A stretch of 64,000 bases of DNA from Asterias rubens. Its lineage: Eukaryota. The stretch lies in NCBI RefSeq assembly GCF_902459465.1, contig NC_047073.1, positions 7,316,001 through 7,380,000 of the forward strand. Direction: 5' to 3'. The position numbers and the translations under genes are program-made. The notes beneath the pieces were generated by a model that worked only from the letters and a program-made list of their open reading frames with translations, had not been told where the DNA came from and did not search any database. This document shows positions 52,030 through 64,000 of the stretch, in pieces. The first letter of the stretch is position 1. Every line of letters begins with the position of its first letter.

Positions 52030-53339
52030 TTAAAAGGTTCAACAAATAAATAGGAAGAATTTAATTTACAAACTGCGGGCGCTCTCATTCTTCATACACG
52101 TATACTACTATAGCTTTCTAAAGTTCAAACTGCTCATGTGCCAATGTAATATAAAATTTACATCGTAGTGTTGAGCGTAGTTAATACGCTCAACACTACG
52201 ATGTTCGCTCTGGCATATAAATGGTACAGTTATAACATCAATACTCCAATTTACATTGGGCAGATAGCCAAAGCATACACACGGTGCATTACATTGCCTA
52301 CCGCCACCCGTTGAGATAAACTCCTCTGTCATGTGATGTTTACAAATATTAAATAGTAACCAACGACCATCACATGAACACATGGTGATAAAGTGAAATC
52401 TTATTTTAGTTTTTGCTCATTTTGTTTTTACTTACTGCATTTAAAACGTTTATTTAATGAAGGACCTGTGTTTTGTTTTTAGTTTGAATATATTTTATTG
52501 ATTTCATTACTCAGAATCTGGGTTTAGCAAATCGATGGGAGTTAGTTTTAACATGTGTGGATTTGTTTACTTGTTTGGTTGTTTGTTTCTGTTTATAATC
52601 AGTGTTGTCGTGCTAAAACATTTCAAGACCAGAACACAGGCTATATTTGGATATGTTATCAACCATTTCTAATTTTGTTTTACCATGATTTGTTATCAAA
52701 ATTATGGGGTGGATGTTGTATGATATAAATAAAAAGAAAATGAACCAGACTTTTTAATTATTTACAGACTAAAGAAAATATTGTATGATAGAGCAACACA
52801 CACATCGAGTCGGTTTGAGTAATGCTGAATGAAATTAGAAAATATTAGACTATTAATTGAGTTTAGTTCAGTTTTATCTTTCGGTGTGATAAACATTGTT
52901 CAAACTCATTTCGTGTGTTTTTATTTTGCAAAACGGAAGACAAAGTCACCATTCAGACCAACATGGGATTTGAAAAAAGACAACAATTACGGCAAAGGGG
53001 AAATGTGTCTCACTGATACTGTGAAAACATTTGCCGTTGACAGAAATTGGATTTATCTTTTCGGAATTTTGTACTGAATAAAATGGAAGAAGATCCAGAA
53101 AAAAATGAAAATATTTAATGAAAATAAAGAATAAAGTCCAAATGTGTCACCGACAACTCTTTTTGTGTATTAAAATATGAATTATCTCTTGCTGGTATCC
53201 GGAAACGTTTTGGCTCAAACAATTACAAGGATTAGTTTTTCTGAGACGGTTTTTCCGGGTAAAAAATTACTTGTCAAACGACGCATCAGCCCTGACACAA
53301 GTCCTGACACAATACACATGAGCGAGAGCGCACTATACA

Positions 53340-54022
53340 GCGATGTGCACGGCCCGCAATCTACACAACCAACTACGGATTGAGTCACATTGCCAAGCGC
53401 TCTTATATACCTCTCTAAAAATAGCATTCGGCTCTCCTCACCAAAACAAACCCGGACTGCAATGTGTACACACGGAAAATTTCACACGGCTAAGGCCAAG
53501 CCACACTACAGTGTTTAGCATGACATAGCATATCAGAGGTATCCCCCCTACATGAGGCTGTTAGCACGTCCGGGATTCGCCGAGTGACTTCTTTACGTCA
53601 CAGCCTGTCGATGACGTCAGATTACCACTCTGCGCTGTGATTGCATTAGAGCCTATTGTTGGACAGAGCCGCTCATGTTTTATTCATGAGCCACCGACAT
53701 CTCCATAGTCACGACGAGAGCTCCGTTCACTGCGAGTGCTCGACTACACTGAGCCGTCTAGCCGACGAGCGAGCTCTGGTTATATACGGTCTAATTTTAG
53801 ATATGCTAATGAGTCAGCGCTGAGGGCTCTGATTGGCTGTGAGCAGCTGGCATGAATGAAACAACCGGAGGAGGGTATGTGATTATATTCCAACCACCGG
53901 CGGGAGATTCCTCAGAACTCACTTGAGAGTCGTGTTTAGAAGATCATAAGAGAAAAACTATATCTGCTGTGACTGAGAATTTCTTTTTGCGAGAGAATAC
54001 GGAACAATAACTGGATAAAACA
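53340..54022 (+). promoter_or_regulatory. CpG-rich proximal promoter and 5' UTR of Klf2/4
   Basis: MEF2 sites CTAAAAATAG 53415-53424 and CTAATTTTAG 53791-53800; AP-1 TGAGTCA 53381 and 53810; CRE TGACGTCA 53612 and TTACGTCA 53593; ATGCTAAT 53803; reverse CCAAT 53832; CpG density well above the flanks. Confidence 0.7.
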
Positions 54023-54079
54023 ATGGCACAAGCACTCGGCGATATGACACAACACAGCCTTTCCAACATGTCAAATGAT
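54023..54079 (+). CDS. Klf2/4: Klf2/4-like gene, coding exon 1 (MAQALGDMTQHSLSNMSND, 19 aa)
   Basis: ATG at 54023 (context ACAATGG), 19 open codons, then donor GTAAGT at 54080; phase 0 joins in frame to exon 2. Confidence 0.75.
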
Positions 54080-55906
<1,827 letters not shown>

Positions 55907-56990
55907 ACTATATCACCATGAACATTGACATTTTTTAAAGCTAAAAATGTACATGCAAAATCTTTGATTCAATATCCCATTGGATATCAGTCATATTATT
56001 TGCTATTTGTATATTTTTTGGGTAAGTTCTCGGGGGTCGATTCTTTGATTTGTATTGATATCATCGAATTGGCTAAAACCTGATGAGCTACCGACGAAAC
56101 CCAACACAGGACGCCACGATCTGGCCCTTGGTTTGTTGGTGCAGTAAGATGGACAGGTCTCTCAATAGCCAAAAAAGGAAGAACAAAATATTCTTAAACT
56201 TCCAAATTCGATTCTGATTCGATTCTGGTTCGATTTTTGAGCGAACAACTCGAGAGATCTGGACATGGGGGTGCATGCGAGATGGGTAAACATAACATCA
56301 GAAGTGGAAATTAAAAGCTAAAACACAAATCTATTTTTTAAGTATGATATCCTTTTAAGGAACAAAAATCAAACAACGCTTGCTGAAATGGAATAGTTCA
56401 ACGTCTTAAAAACACGTTTTTTCTCAAAAGCATGTTATGTTTACTTCTGAAGTTTTGAGTTGTGTTCACTAGGAGAAATACTCTTTTATGACTTGTCTTT
56501 TTTGATATAAAGACCAGAGCTGTTTCAACAAGTGAGCACAGTACTGTGTTTTTTGAAATAAAAAAAACATTTAAATATAAAACAAAAATTGCCAAGTTGT
56601 TTACACAGCTACCGCGACGCGATAGATTCGTTGAATTTTAAAGTGCAATTGTAGTACTAGAATTTTGACTGTAAAAAAAAGGTGTACATTAGAAAACGTA
56701 TAAAGAACATCATTTTATATGGGGTGTAGAGTGCATGCCAGTTTATTTCCTTATTATTTTTTAATCAGCAGGTCTGTTCTATTATTATTAATATTATTAC
56801 AATTAAAATTGAACTAATTAACTATTATCAACTGGTAATGATTTACAATATTCTTTGCCTTTGTACCTTTGTATTAATTGTATAATTATGTACTCTAATT
56901 GATTATTGGTGATGAGATATTAATTTGGAATTAATATCATCTGTGAGAGGAGGAATTTACAGCAACTGAATAAAATGACCACAGGCTGGT
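55907..56990 (+). other. Probable Klf2/4 3' UTR with two candidate poly(A) signals
   Basis: AU-rich sequence after the stop; AATAAA at 56557-56562 and 56969-56974; true end not determinable. Confidence 0.45.
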
Positions 56991-58416
56991 CAAAATGATA
57001 TGAAATACTTGTCTGTAATAATATGTTTTGTTTATCAAGCATGGAGGTAGAAGTGATTTGAAGCTTTAATTTAAAGATGGCCGACTTCGTTCAGTCCAAA
57101 CCCCAGCCAGTACGCGCGTACATGTAAAGCCAGTAAACGTGGTATCACATACATTGTATTTGGAATATTTCGAGTTAAAAAGAAACAAACCAATATCCCT
57201 CCCGTCCCCATCAGTTCTGCCCCCCCCCCTTCTACCCACCCTGCACTCGCATTGACAGCCGACCCGGTACATACAATACAAACAAAACTTTGCAATATTA
57301 TTTGAAAGGGACCTTAAAATAATCCATAGGTGCATTGGGGGGTCACAGTACTGTGGGAAAGTACTGATTATAAAGCGCTTAAATACACATCAGTGTATAT
57401 AACGACAAACGAATCAAAGCGACCTTAACCTCCTAAATATTTAAAGCTGATTACTCAAAGCTTGGGTTGTAACTATCCATTCGCATGGGTTCCAGTGGGC
57501 CGTGAAATTGTGGACTTTAACGGGAGCTTTGATCACTCTGAAAAAAAAGCGAATTGGTTAGGTTTCGACTAAGTACATTGCATTTACTTGACAATGACCC
57601 TGTTGGATTTCCGGATACCTATGCCCTACTGAAAACATCGTTTTATTTATATGATTTTTGAAACGTACAAAAAAGAAAGATATGTTTAGCAGGTTAAAAA
57701 AAAAAATATTACTTCAGAAAAGCGAAACGTTATAACCACAGTTGGCGACACAGTTTGTATGTCGTATTTCTTCATTTTGTTTAACTTTTTTGTTATTAAT
57801 TTTGTTCAAAAATAAAATAACAACGCTAACGCTAGTTTTCTCTTACAACATACCGGGCAGAAAACCTGCAAGCAATTATTGGTAAAGATATAATTTCTAC
57901 ATCAATTAATCTACCCCAAAATATCCCAAAAATGTGACAAAATGGAAGTTGCCAATATAAAGACACCCCAAACCACCACCACAGAAAAGTAATAAGCGAT
58001 CACTGCTCATCGAAAAGTTAAATTTAGAATCTAGGCTACTATACCAAACGGAAACGAACAGAAAGTTTGTTTCCTTGTAACTTAGAGAAATGTACCAACG
58101 CCACTCAGCAACCTTAAAAACAAAGCATGTGGAAATGTACAGTTTAAAGGGATGTTGTAAAGTACAATTTAGCTTCGCTGCTGGTTTTTAAATAGGGTGA
58201 TTAGTTAGGCATCTACTGCAGACCATGTATAACCGGTGACAATTCTGACAACACATGCTTACAATAGAGCCATAGAGCCTGGACTTCCTGCAGGAATGAT
58301 TTGCACTTGAAGAAAACATGAAGTCCTACAATTTTATGGAGATTGCAGTGTCCGAATTTGATAAACTTTGGGTATGAAGAAAGGGGCCAAACATTTTGGA
58401 ATTAACTATTATACAC

Positions 58417-58860
58417 ATAATGAATGTTTATGAGTGCAATGGTGCGAATATGTTCATGAGTTGAAAGAGGGAATGTTCTATTCAACGAGGCGGAGCCGAG
58501 TTGAATGGAACATTCCAGCTTTCAACGAATGAACATATTCGCACCATTGCACGAATGAAAAACATTCATTATTTGTTTTATATAACATCCAAGTAGATCT
58601 TTGTCATTTTGATTGAAAGATACAAATTTCAAAACAATCAATTTCAACTGTAGAAGCTGAATGCTAGTAATATTTTTACTATGCCTTCTTGCAGTAACAC
58701 CTGCTGCGTTACCAAAGACACGCGCACGCAGTGATGTTTTTACTCAGCTTTTTCGTTCCATCCGAAAAGTACCATTGCACGCTGCCAGCGTGCAATGGTA
58801 CTTTTCGGATGGAACGAAAAAGCACGGTGAGTGACTCAGCGTGCAATGGTACTTTTATTT
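58417..58860. mobile_element. Foldback element without evident TSD (Crypton-like nonautonomous)
   Basis: About 70-bp inverted arms around GAGGCGGAGCCGAG (58417-58571), plus a perfect 38-bp-arm palindrome at 58747-58823. Confidence 0.55.
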
Positions 58861-60778
58861 GCTATCACGTGACGGACAATCCTCCAATCAAATGGCAAGG
58901 ATCTGCTTGGGTGTTATATAAAAATAATGATTATTCATGCCATGCATAGCTCAAACATCACTTATCTCTAAACTTGTTTACAGTTGTTACATTTATTACT
59001 CTTGTATTTATATGTAAATTATGAAACAAAATGGCTAATTTACCAGATGTGACCCGCTCCTTCGTAATGAAGAATATCGAGTAAATTTCATTTTTGAGTT
59101 TATCATAATAATCCAAACAAGCAAATCTCAAAATTTTAAAGAAATTAAAAATCATGATCATACGACGACCTTCCTGTCCGAAAAATTTTACGACCCCTTT
59201 TGAAAAAACGCCAGAAAATTAATTTTTTTTAAACGCGACGTCTCACACACTCATTACTTTAAGATGTACAAGGTCACTATCCCCATAGAGCAAGGACCGT
59301 AACTAAAGGTTACTTGAGTTTGCATACGAATGAAAGTTCGTATAGAAAGTTCGATTACATGCAGTTAATACTAAATTCCTCTATATTCAACCTTAATAAT
59401 TTCTACATGAAATGTGTAATAAAACTTGTTATTTGGGGTGGGTTTTTTCTTCTAAATAAAGCGATCCAAACGATAATTATAAAAACAAAATCCCAAAGAC
59501 AAGATACGTCTCTCCTTGCAAACTCTAAACCCAAAATGATTTTTTTTTATCTGATGTTATTTATTTGGCAAACTACAAGGAAAATACCAGCAAAAACAAA
59601 CAAAATAGATTGAACACAGCAAGAAAAGAGGAGAACACACAGAAAATTCAAAGACTTATTTTCATAGTGGTCCTCTGAGTGAAATCAACTGGGCTCAGTA
59701 GGGACAAAACAGTAACTTTGAAAGACGTACCAACAGCAAATAGTACCATTAGTGAACTCATGTGAACTCGAATGGTCCATAAAACTGCAGGATTTGGTCC
59801 ATACACCGATATCCATTTACTTGAGAATTACCGAAATATAATGTATAATGTAGTATATTCTTTCCAAGAAGTGGGTACAAATGTATGTTAAGACCAAATC
59901 TGAATTTTATGGAAATATTTGAGTTCCAATATTTGTTGTTTACAGCGAAATACAAACAATAGTACACAACGGTAAATCATTGGGGAAAATGTGGAGTTAT
60001 GCAGAACGAAAGTTACAAACCCAAAACCACTTTATATGGAAAGTATGCCATGTGGTTTCATATGAGTTCAGTGAACACACAAGCCAAACGCCGACACGTT
60101 TTGAATTCCACCAGGGTTTATAACTCAAGGACAGTGTTGTCTGTGTTTATAGCGCGACTGTTGCTATAGGGAATTCATTAGCATCCGCATCCGATATTGG
60201 TTGGGGCGACCTCTTTTCTAAGGGGGAATAACCACAATTAAAGCAAGAGTTACAACAGCAATTTCTGCGTTTTTGTGCAAGAGCTCATTGTTTGTGTGAC
60301 ATTAATATTTGTTGGAGATACATGTTGATATTATTGTGAAATTAATTGCAACAATATTGAGTTTTACTAATGTGACATCAGATGGAATTATTATTTAAAC
60401 ATTTAGGATAATTGCTAACAACTTTTCAATTTAAGCAAAATAAGAAGTTTTAATGCACCAAGATGTAATGATCAAACATAACAAATGCAAGTTCAACACA
60501 AATTATAAAGATAGAGCGATGACGTAACAGCACTTATGGGTCTACATGGCCCAACATGGATAGAGGGAGAGGGCTTGCAAATGGGAGTTTTAGAGGGAAG
60601 TTTTGACAACAGTTGGCCTTGATGATGAAGTTCTAATGGAAATATTGACTGGACTATTATTCGGTAAAGATGAAGGTAAGGCTCTTCTCCGAAACGGAAA
60701 GATATCGTCTCGGGTAACTCCCGGACATAATGCACGAATACAAAAAATCTGCAAACATTTGGGCTCATTTATTGGTCC

Positions 60779-60978
60779 TCGAAGTTATAGGAAAATAATT
60801 AAGAAACTTTTTGTTGCATAAATTTGTGTGTCTCAGATGCATAATATTAATGGCTCCGAACCTGAATTCTTTGATTGTTTGCGTAAAAAACTGCCTCTTT
60901 CTCAAAAACTACGATACTTCAGAGGGGGCTGTTTCTCATAATTTGTGTATACTATCATCAGCTCACCGTTGCTCGCTA
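60779..60978 (+). mobile_element. Kolobok-type MITE family A, internal fragment
   Basis: Homology to the family A body. Confidence 0.6.
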
Positions 60979-61783
60979 CAACATAGAAATGGTAACAGTT
61001 TTTATTTTCTTAAGCAAATCGGGATAGACTCCACACTCCGATCAGGATATCGACCTCGCTAAACCCCATTTCCGATGGAGAAAAAAACAACAAACACTTT
61101 ATTCCAGTGAAATTGCGCGTCCAGATTTCCAGATTTAATTATAGTCTTGAGAAAATTCCTCACCAACCACAGACAAGAATAGGGTTCTTGGTAAGAAAGT
61201 TAACTGCTTTATGTGTGAAAGACCCCCGGAAGAGTTAAACCACTTGAATTACTATACGACCCATTGCTTTTGTTGGGGGTTGAATGGCACTCATCAGGCT
61301 TTCCAGCATACCAAATAGGCGCTAAAGTGACAGTTTTAAGCCAGTCTCTACATCAATGGTCAGTGAAGAAGTGTTGACTCTTTTGGTGACTCTGGGGGCA
61401 CAAACAACCTTATGAAACCAGTCTACCTTGCTGTCTCTGTATTGTTCTTCGTGATTAACAATCCCCCATAGGCAAAGTCAAATAGTGAGAGCCAGTGCAC
61501 AATGGTGATTCGTTATGCATTGATTCGTGAACGAAGTGTTACAAACTATTCAACGGTTCTTGCAAGAGGCGAGAGCGTGCAACAAACACTTTTATCGTTC
61601 GTTCATGTTCCCCGAAATCCAACTTCTTGCATAACACAGGAGCATGGACTTCTTTACATGAGATACACAGTTAATGTTTACAATGTGACTATTATTTACG
61701 AAAATAGAATTAGCTGTTGCAAACTTTTTACCGACCAAAAAGTTCTGTGGTATAAATGCGGGAGAAAAGGAGTTAATGTCCTG

Positions 61784-62312
61784 CCGTCGATTTCACAAAA
61801 CTCTTCCTAACTTAAAGGCAGTGGACACTATTGGTAATTGTCAAAGAATAGCCTTCACAGTTGGTGTGTCTCGACATATGCATAAAATAACAAACCTGTG
61901 AACATTTGAGCTCAATCGATCATCGAACTTGCAAGATAATAATGAACGAAAAAACACCCTTGTCTCATGAAGTTGTGTGCGTTTAGATGGTTGATTTCGA
62001 GACCTTAAGTTCTAAATCTGAGGTCTCGAAATCAAATTCGTGGAAAATTGCTTCTTTCTCGAAAACTATGGCACTTTAGAGGGAGCCATTTCTCACGATG
62101 TTTTATACCATCAACCTCTCCCCATTACTTGTTACCAAGAAAGGTTTTATGCTAATAATTATTTTGAGTAATTACCAAAAGTGACTGCCTTTAAGACTAA
62201 TCTTAGAACTTAGGATGAGTCCCAACCCTGCACTGTAGCATGCAGACCGTAAGATTAATCCTAAGTCCTAACTCGAGATAAGATGCGTGCTTACTCTTTG
62301 TGAAATCGACGG
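61784..62312. mobile_element. Harbinger-like MITE (CCGTCGATTTCAC) hosting a Kolobok MITE
   Basis: TIR CCGTCGATTTCACAAA; CTG TSD at 61781 and 62313. Confidence 0.85.
61816..62190 (+). mobile_element. Kolobok-type MITE family A, nested
   Basis: TTAA at 61812 and 62191; host sequence CCTAAC|TTAA|GACTAATC restored on removal. Confidence 0.85.
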
Positions 62313-62672
62313 CTGACGTTTCAACCCTAGCAGAGTCTTTCTCGGCTCAGATCACCTCTTTCTCGAGTCCATCTCGAATGCTATTATTTAGGCAAACCAT
62401 ACGATGAGGTCCTGTAGCAATCCCATTTTATTGCTACGAATATAAGTGTTTATAAAGTTTGTCTCCTATATAAAAACACACAAAATATTTGTATTGATCG
62501 TCGACAGTCACATACTGTTTTTGAGGTGTATTATTCCTTTTACAAAACTGTCCCAAGGGTAAAAACAATATAATTCAGAACATCTGATCTTGGATCCTTC
62601 CCGCAAAACAGTGTGGATCCTTCAAATGCTAAGCATAATCATCAGCAGCCCTGAAGAGAGTAAAACTATATG

Positions 62673-62826
62673 GAAAGGTTTGCGATAACACCATGTAATG
62701 ACTATCTCTAAATATCTCTCCAGAAGACGATCAGAGCATACTGATGAAACGTTGAGTTGAAACCAACGGTTCTTTTCAGAACCACCCTAACTCATTTAGA
62801 GATTATGGTGATACCGCAAACCTTTC
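62673..62826. mobile_element. Penelope-like terminal repeat remnant (forward piece plus inverted copy); related copy at 34170-34290
   Basis: GAAAGGTTTGCG..CTCTAAAT mirrored by ATTTAGAG..CGCAAACCTTTC; GAAAAGAACCGTTGGTTTCAAC shared with the 34 kb copy; hammerhead-like motif. Confidence 0.5.
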
Positions 62827-63043
62827 TATATCATATTTCCACCATGCAAAGTTTCAAATCCTATCTTAGGGTAAAACTATTCGAAACGTCGATACCACAA
62901 CCCCCGCCACCACTCCTCACAAAAGAGATTTACACAAGGTTGTATCCGCAAGTTAAATTTGATATCAGTTATTTCTTTTAAATAACGTAAGTGGGGCTTT
63001 CAGTGGAATTGCACTTTCAGTGGAATTGCAAATCAGCTCAAAC

Positions 63044-63064
63044 CATGGAGGAAGAAAATCCATG
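63044..63064. mobile_element. 21-bp CATGGA..TCCATG insert with 7-bp TSD
   Basis: CATGGAGGAAGAAAATCCATG flanked by CTCAAAC twice (63037 and 63065). Confidence 0.8.
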
Positions 63065-63654
63065 CTCAAACTTAACTCAAACCACCTTACAATAGTTGCG
63101 TGTCAAACGTAGGACTTGTTTACCTGCAATCGAAACATCGGTCAGGTAAATAGTTGACCAAGCTGTGTGGATACAGGTTTGTCGACAGCCCCCCCCCCCC
63201 CCCCCCCCGTCCCAAACGAGACGTAATCCAGCACCATAAAGTTGACAATTTATGATCGATTGCAGTTTCCTTTAAAAATTACTAACTTCCATAAAAGTTA
63301 GATATAGGTTCCGGAAACCCTGATGACGGATGGTGGTACGTGTGAAATGTTTGGACTTCAAATCGCCATATTCATTTTTGTGTGAACTTGAAGCTATCCT
63401 CTTAGTTGTCTGCTGAGACTCTACTAAAGTGTCTCTACATAGATGTGTACGGGAATACAGGCCTGTATGCTTCGTTTTTGAAAGGACAAGGACACCAAGG
63501 CATTTTCCCTTTGAATTAAAGAGCACCCTGTGAGGAAATTGTATGTTTCCAGTGGGACATTGCAACTTTCAACGGCACCAAGGCAATGTCCAGGGAGGCA
63601 TGGAAGTTGCCTCCTTGAAGTATCAGGCCTTGGAATAGAAGCTTTAATTTGGCG

Positions 63655-63735
63655 TTGAACAAAGACAAGTTTACTCGAGTGTGACTTGAACCTGAGCCCT
63701 CCGGACCCCCGGCGCTCCACCAAAATGAGCTAGAG
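63655..63735 (-). mobile_element. tRNA-derived SINE head
   Basis: Reverse strand TAGCTCATTTTGGT (A-box) and GGTTCAAGTC (B-box), followed by a non-tRNA body. Confidence 0.55.
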
Positions 63736-64000
63736 TATAGCACTTATTTACTCATTAGTCAGTTTCCCTTTATTTGGTATTATACTAGAATAAAACATCT
63801 GAGACTCAATACCTCACAAAAATAACTTTCTCTCAATGTCTTACTCTCACAATACCTCACATTGCAAAAACTGGGTAATTGTTCGACTGTATTGACACCA
63901 TGGCTGTATTCACAGAGAGATACCAAGAAATCCAAGGCAAGCGGCCCCACCCCCTCCCTCAACTCGACCGTGTTGATCTTATACTGACAGTCGCGACTAC

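Noticed and set aside
61100-61480. DeuSINE-like conserved domain
   Set aside because: Similarity too weak and no tRNA or 5S head identifiable

Overview
Eukaryotic, AT-rich genomic DNA, most likely an invertebrate deuterostome. An asteroid echinoderm is my inference from the gene and the repeat families; it is not proven. I can support only one protein-coding gene: a two-exon Kruppel-like factor of the KLF1/2/4/17 group (exon 1 CDS 54023-54079, GT-AG phase-0 intron, exon 2 54869-55906, about 364 aa, + strand). The ~53 kb upstream and ~8 kb downstream contain no other recognisable host gene. They are filled with non-autonomous DNA transposons (about 25 TTAA-flanked Kolobok-type MITEs, PIF/Harbinger-type MITEs, a MULE-like hairpin, and a 1.5 kb foldback element with a 6-bp TSD), tRNA-derived SINEs, L2/CR1 and Penelope-like remnants, and several mini/satellites. 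Nearly all ORFs in the supplied track are spurious. Most notable: (1) five 21-36 bp CAT..ATG palindromes, each flanked by a 7-bp direct repeat, two with empty paralogous sites in the window, matching what P-element excision footprints should look like; (2) a duplicated TTATATAC-N3/4-MEF2 element in the Klf promoter that resembles the flow-responsive element of vertebrate KLF2; (3) a 2.5 kb satellite that grew from a single-copy segment of a MITE. No database searches were run, so family assignments rest on terminal motifs, TSD lengths and recalled consensus features.
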